The notes below the pieces were generated by a model that was given only the letters and a program-made list of their open reading frames with translations, made no database searches and was not told the DNA's origin. Shown in pieces: positions 23,186 through 32,498 of a DNA stretch of 32,498 bases (its first letter is position 1; every line of letters begins with the position of its first letter). Both the position numbers and the translations under genes were made by a program. Source of the stretch: Nemertoderma westbladi (Eukaryota > Animalia > Xenacoelomorpha); the NCBI GenBank assembly GCA_032718475.1, contig JAUCBJ010003210.1:1-32498 (forward strand), given 5' to 3'.

Positions 23186-24928
23186 ACTACTACAGTACTA
23201 CTACTACTAGGTCGGACAGTGGAAATGAGATCCTTCCAGGCTTCCCGACTCTCCATAGTTGTCGCAATTTCGTTTCTCCCAAGTTCAGTATCCCTTTCAA
23301 GTTGATCTATATATGTTATGGCTGGTCGTCCACGACTACGCTTTCCATGAGTTGGTTGCCAGAGAAGTAGATCTGGTTTGACCTCGTCTTTACTTCGCCA
23401 GTAGTGCCCACTGAATCTTAATCTGCGTTCACGGAGGGTGGTTGATACAGGTGGTATTGTACCATAAAGCTCGGCGTTTGTCATGTGTTGTCTCCAGCTG
23501 ATGTTTAGGGCTGCCCTTAGAAGTCTTGTGCAGCAACCATCGATTCGTTGTTCAAGTGATTTAGTCAGCGCCCAGGTCTCACCCCCGTATAAAAATACAC
23601 TTTCCACTGTGGCTCGAAAGAACTTAGTCTTCAGGTGCCTGGAGAGATCTGATTTCCAGATGGTATCCATTTTTGATAGAGCTACCCATGCCATTGCTTT
23701 CCTAACTTCTATGTCCTTTTTGCTACTCTCTATCCATGATCCAAGGTACTGGAAGTCGTCAACCTTCCTTAGTTGATTATTGTCAATGGTTGTCAAGTTT
23801 CCATTAACATTAAAGGTCATGATTCGGTCTTGGTAGCATTTATATGAAATCCAACCTCCTTAGCAGCCCTCTCCACTTTATTTAGTAGAAGCTGTGCATC
23901 TGCTAGGGTATTAGAGAGAAGGGCGATGTCATCCGCAAAGTCGGTGTCTGTGACTGTAGTTGCCGGATATCTACTACTTCTGCCTTCTTGAAGTGTGAAT
24001 CCCAGGACTTCACCCTTTGTGGCTGTCCTCATTGCGTAATCCAGCACAATTACAAATAGTAATGGTGCTAATGTGTCACCTTGCAGTACCCCAGCCAGGA
24101 TTGAGAAAAACTCAGTACTCAGTACCTGCGCTTCTGTGTGACAATATAACAATCCAATGCCAGCAACAATTACTTATGGTATTCCATAAGCTCTTAGGAT
24201 TTCAAGCCTTTTGCCTCTATGGATGGAGTCGAATGCCTTCTTGAAGTCCACAAAAGTCATGACTGCGGGGAGATTCTTCGACTTAATTCCTTCAATCAGT
24301 CTCCGTAGTGCAAGTATCTGAGCTATTGTTGATCTACTTGGTCGAAATCCGTTTTGGCTCTTACGCAGTAGTTTCTCTATGTCAGGCCTAATCCTATATA
24401 GAATCATTAAATTGTATATTTTGGCAGCTACCACAAGCAGACAGATCCCACGATAGTTTGTTGGTATACCGAGGTCTCCTTTCTTGGGGAGAGGCTTTAG
24501 TTGACCTTTTGTCCAAATTGGTGGTGGCTTTTCCCCTTTTAACATCCGGTTGTAAACATTCAATAATGGTCTGTTTAGCACTCCTGTTTTCCATACCTCC
24601 GCTGGGATTTCATCTAATCCACTCGCTTTATTATTGGACATGCTTTTAATGCTTCTCTGGAGTTCGGCTGGTGTGAAGTCCCCTGTTTCTATAGGTAGTG
24701 TCTTGTCATATATTTTCCTTGTAGGGCTGACCTCGATGTTTGGTGGCTGCCCAAGCAATTTGCTGAAATGACTTTCCACTTCCCAACACGTTTTTCAGGA
24801 CAATCGGCTTTGAGGCGCCCCTTTGCACAACTTTTCCGACCAGATACCTCATTTACAGTTCGCCAGGTAAGTCTTGAATGTTGCTGTATGTGAGCAGTTG
24901 TAATTGCTTCAATTTTATCCTGTTGAAG
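23186..24928 (-). mobile_element. 5'-truncated, degenerate RTE element (family 2, copy A)
   Basis: 41-bp perfect direct repeat at 23145-23185 and 24929-24969, a (TAG)n-like tail at 23186-23209, and RT fragments. Confidence 0.92.
23211..24923 (-). pseudogene. Disrupted reverse transcriptase of RTE copy A
   Basis: RT motifs are split over three ORFs: 24174-24779 (QNGFR, FVDFKKAFDS), 23817-24152 (GVLQGDTLAP, DTDFADD) and 23146-23820 (YLGSW, RRLRFSGH). There is a premature stop and at least one frameshift. Confidence 0.9.
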
Positions 24929-25045
24929 TTTAAGTACAATAGTTTATAACAAGGTCGGCGGAAGGTAATCAACCAACGGCGACCTACTGCGAAGACGCTT
25001 GTAGGAGTTGCGACCACAAGCGGTTTACTCTCGCAACTGAAAGAT

Positions 25046-25747
25046 ATGAGCATGAGAACCCTCCAGGAGAAATACCGGCTCGGTCGTCGCCCGGGTCCGC
25101 GTCGCCCGCGTCCCTCAGTGGTACACCAGGCTGGGGTCGATAAATTGGCTACTGGAACAGAAGACAGAGAAGAAAGAAGAACCAACCTGTTGAAATGTAA
25201 AACGACACTAAAGATTGCTACAATGAACACACGCACACTGAAAGCACATAGCAAACAGGGTGACATGGTTGCTCTGGCAATGGAATATAACTTCGACATC
25301 ATCTGCATCCAAGAACATCGGATTTGTCATGAAGACACTGCCATGAAGTACAATGACATTGGAAATGGATGGACGTTAGTAACAAGCTCAGCAGTAAGAA
25401 ACTCGGCCAATGCATCAATTGGCGGAGTAGGGATTCTGCTAAGCCCATTTGCACTTAAGACCCTAAACAACATCGAATCTATAACTTCCAGGGTTATGAT
25501 CGCAACATTTGATGGGAATCCCAAGACAACAGTTATATGTTGCTACAGTCCAACCAATGCCTCAAAGCCAGAACAAGCAGTCAGGTTTTATGAAGATCTG
25601 ACTGGACTTATAAAGGACATTCCGAAACACAATGTTAAAGTCATTGCTGGTGACCTGAATGCGCAAATTGCAAAAAACCCAAACGAAAACAGTATGTGCC
25701 ATGGCAAAACTCTGAGGTTACTTGTAAGAGAGAAGATCTTAAGATAG
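25046..25747 (+). pseudogene. N-terminal part of the APE-type endonuclease of RTE copy B, truncated by deletion near 25690
   Basis: Motifs TMNTRTL, CIQEHR, GGVGILL, YSPT and GDLNA are present. The downstream IDxIL and SDH motifs are absent. Confidence 0.88.
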
Positions 25748-26341
25748 CCTACAAAGTTAAAACCGAACAACCTACAACCGAAAACATTAACAAGGTTGAG
25801 AAAGCTAAGGACGATCTTAAATTGGCCAAAAACATCAGCCAGGAAAAGTACATACAGGATAAAACTGAAGCAATTACAACTGCTCACATACAGCAACAAT
25901 CAAGACTTACCTGGCAAACTGTAAATGAGGTATCTGGTGGAAAAGTTGTGCAAAGGGGCGCCTCAAAGCCGATAGTCCTGAAGAACGTGTTGGGAAGTGG
26001 AAAAATCACTTCAGCAACTTGCTTAGGCAGCCCTAAACATCAGCTGGAGTCAAAACATGACAAACGCCGAGCTTTATGGTACAATACCACCTGTATCAAC
26101 CACCCTCCGTGAACGCAGATTAAGATTCAGTGGGCACTGCTGGCGAAGTAAAGACGAGGTCATACCAGATCTACTTTTCTGGCAACCAACTCACGGAAAG
26201 CGTAGTCGAGGACGACCGGCCATAACATATATAGAGCAACTTTAAAGGGATACTGAACTTGGGAGAAACGAAATTGCGACAACTATGGAGAATCGGGAAG
26301 CCTGGAAGGATCTCATTTCCACTGTCAGAGTTCGCTCGACC

Positions 26342-26420
<79 letters not shown>
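26342..26420 (+). repeat. (TAG)~26 microsatellite forming the 3' tail of RTE copy B
   Basis: Perfect trinucleotide run directly after the element's 3' end. Confidence 0.97.
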
Positions 26421-26421
<1 letters not shown>

Positions 26422-26528
26422 TAGTTTATAATAATTATTATAATAAGATAATTTATAAAACGTGTTAGACTGTACAGTCAGTCACTATGTTTGATTTTAT
26501 ATCTGATTAACCTTGCACTTGAGATAAA

Positions 26529-28109
26529 TTAATTATCACCCATCCAAATAATGTGTTGAATATTCCCCAAAGAGTCGCCAATCAGGAGCTCACAATTACA
26601 CGTTTCCATGCCAACCAATTGCATGGTCGTCAAGGGAGCTGGGAATGTATACATCCCTCTCCTAGACAACTTCACCTCGCCTGCAATATCGTTGTAGAGA
26701 CGCCAAACCTTGACGGACCCATCTCTAGAACAAGTGAATATGGAATCCGCGGCGCTTACCAACACCCTAGACACCCAGGAATCGTGAACCAGGGGCTTAG
26801 CAACCAATGGGACACAACCTGGGAAATCGGAGTTTAAGCGATAAATACCAAGGAAACCGTCGCTTCTAGAAAGCAGTAAATAATCTCCAGTAAAGGCCAA
26901 ATCGGTTACATAGAGATCCTCTAAGGGGTTGTCGCACTCCACGTCAATGCGGAAGAACGGAGAAAAATCCGACGACCGGGTGTCGACCACGGTTACAGTA
27001 CGTACCGAGGCGACGAACAGGAGGTCCTTGTAGACCCGGAATGCCGCGACCCAATCGAACTCCGACCCGAATAGGTCCAACCGACACGGTGTAGGGGATG
27101 TCTCAGATAGGCCCACCGCGTAGAGGAAACCCGCGGCAGAACCGCAGAGTAATAGGTTTTTAATCGGGTATAGAGCTGTGAGGACCACCTGGGTGCACAG
27201 CCGACGGGTGGGTACGCAGCTGACAACGTGAACGTCGGAGGAGGTTGGAGCGAAAACGATACGCCAAATGATGAGGGAGCGGTCTGCGCCGGTGGTGGCG
27301 AGTAGTTGTCCACCACCGGCGGTGCGGCCCCCACCGGTGCTGCTGCTCCCACCGGCAGTGCAGCTCCCACCGGCGGTGCAGCTCCCACCGGCGGTGCTGC
27401 CCCCTCCGGCGGGGCTGCCTCCACCGCCGGTGCTGCCTTCACCGCCGGTGCTGCCTCCACCGCTGGTGCTCTCCCCACCATCGGTGCTCCCCCCACCACC
27501 GGTGCTCTCAACCCACTCGCATGCCATCACTACTTTACCGTGAGCTTTGAACTCGAAAACCTCCACTAATTCCCCCACCGTATCGAACAGTTTAACGACC
27601 CCATCCCGGGCTCCCACAGCCGCAACTCGCCACCCGCTCACAGCCATACACGTAACCTCCGCGCAGTGTGGCCTTCCGGTTGCTACGGAAGCCTCGGAAG
27701 GTGTACTCCCCAATACGCGCCACAACCGCATAGTAGAATCCAAGGAGGTTGTAACGAGTCTATAGTCGCCGTGGCTACTCACGCCTAACAGACGGTCGCT
27801 ATGACCGGTGAGCGACGCCAACTCGTTGCCTAGTAAAGGTTTCCAGGCGACCAATGATCCGTCGTCCATAGCCGCAGTTACTACGACGTCGTCGTGTTCC
27901 TGTTTACCAGGTCGTCGACTTCCCGATTTCTTCGCGTGATCGACTTCCCATTCCTCCCGCTCCACCTCGTCCGCCCAATCAAGGAGCTCCGTATCTCCAC
28001 TCTCGCCTCCCATTGGTTGAGCCCTGGATACCCTAGTAACTACCCAGCAACCATTCACCTTGACACCCGCCTGTACAGTAGTTATCTCTACGCCCTTCTG
28101 AGACCAAAC
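26529..28109 (-). CDS. TEP1: TEP1 (telomerase protein component 1, also a vault component), last coding exon, WD40 repeats
   Basis: Acceptor TTATATTCCAG|GTT at 28110/28109, phase 0. VWSQKGVEITT, WKPLLGNELASLTGHS and the C-terminal LLIGDSLGNIQHIIW resemble the vertebrate TEP1 C-terminus as I recall it. Confidence 0.88.
   Translation of the reverse strand, partial: VWSQKGVEITTVQAGVKVNGCWVVTRVSRAQPMGGESGDTELLDWADEVEREEWEVDHAKKSGSRRPGKQEHDDVVVTAAMDDGSLVAWKPLLGNELASLTGHSDRLLGVSSHGDYRLVTTSLDSTMRLWRVLGSTPSEASVATGRPHCAEVTCMAVSGWRVAAVGARDGVVKLFDTVGELVEVFEFKAHGKVVMACEWVESTGGGGSTDGGESTSGGGSTGGEGSTGGGGSPAGGGSTAGGSCTAGGSCTAGGSSSTGGGRTAGGGQLLATTGADRSLIIWRIVFAPTSSDVHVVSCVPTRRLCTQVVLTALYPIKNLLLCGSAAGFLYAVGLSETSPTPCRLDLFGSEFDWVAAFRVYKDLLFVASVRTVTVVDTRSSDFSPFFRIDVECDNPLEDLYVTDLAFTGDYLLLSRSDGFLGIYRLNSDFPGCVPLVAKPLVHDSWVSRVLVSAADSIFTCSRDGSVKVWRLYNDIAGEVKLSRRGMYTFPAPLTTMQLVGMETCNCELLIGDSLGNIQHIIWMGDN
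27310..27508 (-). repeat. Coding 18-bp minisatellite encoding Gly-rich hexapeptides (STGGGG/TAGGSC), ~11 units
   Basis: ESTGGGGSTDGGESTSGGGSTGGEGSTGGGGSPAGGGSTAGGSCTAGGSCTAGGSSSTGGGRTAGGG, located inside a WD40 repeat. Confidence 0.9.
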
Positions 28110-28327
28110 CTGGAATATAAAGTTAAATACAATATAAATAAACAAAAATATATAAAGTTAAAGAGTTTTAGTTTCAAAATTATTAGCTTAGCCGTGAGTA
28201 ATGGAATTCACAACCCTTAAACTCGAACTGATAAATGTTAAAACGATATATCGGTAACTTAAATCGCTATGTAAAATTGTATGGTACTGGTACTGGTGAT
28301 GAGTTACTTCAGACTAATGTAAATAGG

Positions 28328-28879
28328 CAGTTGTCCATGTTCGAGGTTAAAATACTCCAGAGCACTGTCCATGTACGAGGGTAAAATACTCCAAAGCACT
28401 GCCCATGTACGAGTTTAAAATACTCCAAAGCATTGTCCATGTACGAGGTTAAAATACTCCAAAGCACTGTCCATGTACGAGGTTAAAATACTCCAAATCA
28501 TTGTCCATGTACGAGGTTAAAATACTCCAAAGCATTGTCCATGTACGAGGTTAAAATACTCCAAAGCACTGCCCATGTACGAGTTTAAAATACTCCAAAG
28601 CATTGTCCATGTACGAGGTTAAAATACTCCAAAGCACTGTCCATGTACGAGGTTAAAATACTCCAAATCATTGTCCATGTACGAGGTTAAAATACTACAA
28701 AGCATTGTCGATGTACGAGGTTAAAATACTCCAAAGCACTGTCCATGTACGAGGTTAAAATACTCCAAATCATTGTCCATGTACGAGGTTAAAATACTAC
28801 AAAGCATTGTCGATGTACGAGGTTAAAATACTCCAAAGCATTGTCGATGTACGAGGTTAAAATACTCCAGTGCACTGTC
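28328..28879. repeat. Intronic minisatellite, 34-bp unit (GCATTGTCCATGTACGAGGTTAAAATACTCCAAA), ~16 copies
   Basis: Direct reading. Confidence 0.97.
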
Positions 28880-28950
28880 AATGAGAAGTACATTTTTAAT
28901 ATTTTAAAAGATTGTATTTGTATTGTAGCATGAATAGCAGGTGCGGTGCA

Positions 28951-29488
28951 TGTTGTTAAGCAAGTTAACAATTTATTGTATGTTGGTAACCAAGTTAACA
29001 ATTTATTGTATGTTGTTAAGCAAGTTAACAATTTATTGTATGTTGTTAAGCAAGTTAACAGTTTATTGTATGTTGTTAAGCAAGTTAACAGTTTATTGTA
29101 TGTTGTTAAGCAAGTTAACAGTTTATTGTATGTTGTTAAGCAAGTTAACAGTTTATTGTATGTTGTTAAGCAAGTTAACAGTTTATTGTATGTTGTTAAG
29201 CAAGTTAACAGTTTATTGTATGTTGTTAAGCAAGTTAACAGTTTATTGTATGTTGTTAAGCAAGTTAACAATTTATTGTATGTTGTTAAGCAAGTTAACA
29301 ATTTATTGCTATGTTGTTAAGCAAGTTAACAATTTATTGTATATGTTGTTAAGCAAGTTAACAATTTATTGTATGTTGTTAAGCAAGTTAACAATTTATT
29401 GTATGTTGTTAAGCAAGTTAACAATTTATTGTATGTTGTTAAGCAAGTTAACAATTTATTGGATGTTGTTAAGCAAGTTAACAATTTA
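28951..29488. repeat. Intronic minisatellite, 30-bp unit (TGTTGTTAAGCAAGTTAACAATTTATTGTA), ~18 copies
   Basis: Direct reading. A block of seven copies with an A>G variant spans 29041-29250. Confidence 0.97.
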
Positions 29489-29541
29489 ATCTACATTCGA
29501 TAATACCGGTTTCAATCTGTGAAACTGAAAGTATTACTGAC

Positions 29542-32354
29542 CTTTACTGTGCCATCCAGACTTCCAGAAACAATGCATCCTTGGTCGAAACAAACAGAAT
29601 TCACTGTCCCTGTGTGACCCTTCAACTCGCACTTGGTTTCCATGGTAACCAGGTCGACGACGCGCAGTGTCTGGTCGTTGGAACCAGTTACGGCGAAGTC
29701 GCCGAGATCGGAGACGGCGAGACAGTTGATCCAATCGGCGTGGAGGTTGGAAACCTTCCGGAGTAGCTGAGTGTTCGGGAACGCGGCTACGGTCCACACG
29801 GCCAGACTGCAGTCCCTCCCTGCGGACACCAGCAGGGAACCGGAGACACTAAAGGCGACGCCGCTTACCGGGCCCGCGTGGCACCGCAGTTCGACGGGGC
29901 TCCGGGAACCGCCCGACTTACCGGGCCGAACCGCCGACTTCCAGACCCGGACCGTCGAATCGGTCGAACCGGAAGCCATTCGGTTGGATCCGGGGTGGAA
30001 GGCTAACGATATGATTGGTTCCCTGTGTTTGGTTACCACGGTGTGGGTGTAGCCGTTGTCCCAGAACGGGGATTCGGAAGTAATCACGATAACGGAGTGG
30101 TCGTCTGACGCAGTTGCTAAGCGACAATCATCCATCCACACTATGGCATTGATACAGCTGTCATGGAGTTTCGCAGACACCACCTCGTGGCCGGTATTGG
30201 AATGATATACGACTAAATCCCCGGAATGGTAACCCACAGCCACTAAAGACCCCCGTTGGGCTACGCACTCTGCCGACTCGTAGCCATGGCAACCAGATAC
30301 GCGCATCACCTCGCGACCGAGGTCTGCTGACCATAGCTTTAGCTTGCGATCCTCCCCAGCGGAGGCGACCGCATCCCCGAGCACGGCGAGCCGCGCCACG
30401 GGGCCGTGGTGCCCGGTGAGCGCCCCGACAACGACCCCGGAACCCGCCGCCCAGACGAGGATCTCCCCGCCGAACGCGGCGGAGACGATATGCCGCCCGG
30501 AAGGCGCAAACACAACGTCGCGAACCGATCGGGAATGGCCGCGGAGTCGGCCGATTCGCTTCCGATGGAGCACATCGTACAGAACGATGGTGGCATCCCA
30601 GCAGCCCACTGCGAGCTTCGGTTCCGTTGGATGGAACCCCACGCAGTTGCACGGCGACTCGCCCACCGCAACCTCGTACACACGCTCGCCGCTAGAGGGC
30701 TTCCAGCATCGCAGATAGCAGTCCCAGCCGACGGTGGCGAGGGTGGCTTTCTCAGAGTCCACCGCCATCCCCGATATGCGCCGTGAGTGCGCCTCTAGCG
30801 AGTTGATGCGGAATCCAGTCTCCACTAACCAGTTCGTTAACCGGCCGTCGGATGTCGCTGTACATACGTTACTATCTCCAACGAAGGCCACCGCCACCAC
30901 GCTGCCAGTCTGCCCCGCGAATTCCGTCAGTCGCTCACCGGAAGTGACGTCACGGGTGTGGACCCCGCCTGAGGCGGTGCCGCAGACAACCAGCTTACCG
31001 TCGGGTGAAACAGCCGTTGCCGTGACGACCTGGTTGCCCGTAGGGACCGACACAACAGACCATCCAGGTTCGAGGTCTCGCTTATTGCTCCATCTGAATA
31101 TATCGAGACGTAGACCGGCTGTGATCCTTTTGGCTGCTTCCTCCACGGTAGACCCCCGTGGTTCCGATAGACTCTGCTGCCAAAACAACGAGTGATTCTT
31201 CTCGAACTCGTAGAGGTTCCTCTCTATGAACCTACGAGTGTCGACGAGACGTTTTGAGAGCGAATCGGAACAGAAGGAGAATTCCTTGAGTAGTTGGATT
31301 CCTTGATGCAACTCGATTCTACGGCAGCAGAATCCGACGTCCGAGAGAACCGACTCCAAGGTTGGTTGGTCGGCGGCGCGGCGAAGGTGATGGGCGAGGA
31401 GGTTGAATGCATGGGCGGGGATACCGTCCCATCGGCGGGATCCGGAGGGGTCCGCCAGACCCAGGTAGTAGGCCGCCAAGACGCGGTGGAACTCGAGTTC
31501 ATCCTGCGGCAGGTAGCGCTTTCTAGCAACCTCCTCGACCAAACGGTGTCGGAACGCCAGCCCGGAACCGTTGCTACACTGCAGCACGGAACGGACGCCC
31601 CCTAGCAGTCGGAGGAACGGGAGGTAAGGAACGCGGGAACGCGCGTCCAATCGGATAGCCGCGTAATCGATAACGTCACACCGCTTCCGGTTTCCACGTT
31701 TAGTGACGTCATCCCGCTTCCGGTTGCCTCGGGTCGCCTTCAGACTGAGCAGGTCTCTGAGTTCGTTCTCGGCGATGCCGTCTCTCGCGCAAAGGAGGAA
31801 CCCGAAGGCCCCGGCGGTCAGCTCCCTACCGCAGTCCGTCTCCACGCGCGCCAGAACCGCGGCGACGAGCGACGCGCGCGACGGCGGGAGGCGTCGCAAC
31901 GTCTCCGTCAGCGTATCGAAACTGCCAATCATCCGGAGCTCGTCGCACGCCATCTCCAGGTAAACCGCGTTCACGGCTTCCTTCTTGGAGACGAGCAACT
32001 TCATCTGGTTGTTGAAGGAGGATTCGTCCAGCCTCTTGTTGTGCCGTTCTAGAATCCGTCGGACCACCTTTGGACGGTCGTGGAGGTCCAGGTTCGGCAC
32101 CGATATCAAGTCGCTCTCGCGTCGTGACAGACACGCGATGCATCGTCCGTTGACATGACAACCGAGGACTAGGACCGCGTTGTTTGGTAGGTCTCTAGGC
32201 AACCACTCCATGTTGGACGCGGCGTTCTCGTCCGATAAGTTATCCAGGCCGTCCAGTAAGATAACGACCTTGGCAGCGGAAGCGGCCGACTTTATCGAGT
32301 TGGAGAAAGTCGATACGAGTTCATAAAACTCCATGTTGGGGTCGACGGAGGAAC
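29542..32354 (-). CDS. TEP1: TEP1 penultimate coding exon (NACHT Walker B and associated helical region, then WD40 repeats); upstream exons lie outside the window
   Basis: Acceptor TCTTTTACTTAG|GT at 32355/32354, phase 1, in frame with ORF 29512-32334. Walker B-like VVILLDGLD. KRLDESSFNNQMKLLVSKKE resembles the TEP1 segment KRLEESPFNNQMRLL as I recall it. Many GH...WD-type repeats follow. Confidence 0.9.
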
Positions 32355-32498
32355 CTAAGTAAAAGATTAAAAGATATCAGGTAAATCTTGAAAATATTAC
32401 CGTTAAAATAAGAACTACACAATATAATTAATAATCAATAATACAGTTGGTGACTCTATAACCGACTTTGTGCGGTAGGTCGTGTTGCATTTATACGC

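Larger units (their letters stand above)
24950..26420 (+). mobile_element. Internally deleted RTE element (family 2, copy B) retaining the 5' region, partial endonuclease and 3' end
   Basis: Candidate 11-bp TSD ATAGTTTATAA at 24939-24949 and 26421-26431. Segments ~25853-26032 and ~26026-26342 are near-identical reverse complements of copy A. Long (TAG)n tail. Confidence 0.88.
28110..29541 (-). other. TEP1: TEP1 intron (1432 bp, GT-AG, phase 0)
   Basis: Donor AAG|GTCAGT at 29542/29541 and acceptor CAG at 28112-28110. Splicing restores the canonical WD40 end SGSLDGTVK-VW. Confidence 0.92.

Noticed and set aside
28789-29489. ORFs of 124-182 aa over the intronic minisatellites
   Set aside because: They arise from a 30-bp unit that lacks stops in some frames, and they lie inside a well-supported intron.
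30938-30952. Exact ETS-CRE composite motif CCGGAAGTGACGTCA
   Set aside because: It lies within a coding exon (RDVTSG) in GC-rich DNA with no other promoter evidence.
26553-32161. Numerous alternative-frame and antisense ORFs over the TEP1 exons
   Set aside because: Expected shadows of GC-rich coding sequence.
10431-32354. Functional link between TEP1, nearby reverse transcriptases and the satellite as an alternative telomere system
   Set aside because: There are no telomeric repeats, the RTs are ordinary truncated RTE copies with TSDs, and proximity alone is not evidence in a repeat-rich animal genome.

Overview
Eukaryotic, repeat-rich genomic DNA, most likely from an invertebrate animal: spliced GC-rich exons, AT-rich introns and metazoan-type retroelements. 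In order: (1) a minus-strand BEL/Pao LTR-retrotransposon derivative whose open 1526-aa ORF keeps Gag and protease but has lost almost all of RT, RNase H and integrase in frame; (2) an upstream ~292-bp tandem duplication interrupted by a young, 5'-truncated RTE-type LINE with a 12-bp TSD and (TAG)n tail; (3) an ~11.3-kb satellite of 38-bp monomers with kb-scale higher-order structure and one 138-bp foreign insert; (4) a ~0.9-kb foldback MITE and an adjacent ~165-bp hairpin; (5) two head-to-head copies of a second RTE family, one with a 41-bp TSD that overlaps the other's 5' end; (6) the last two large coding exons of a TEP1 orthologue (NACHT-associated region plus WD40 repeats), whose intron holds two minisatellites. 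I found no CRISPR array, rRNA, tRNA or prokaryotic system, and I cannot claim a clearly new system. The best leads are the Gag-protease-only BEL element, the nested RTE pair with a 5' pseudoknot, and an identical 96-bp core inside the diverged leader duplication. All family assignments come from motif recognition, not database searches.
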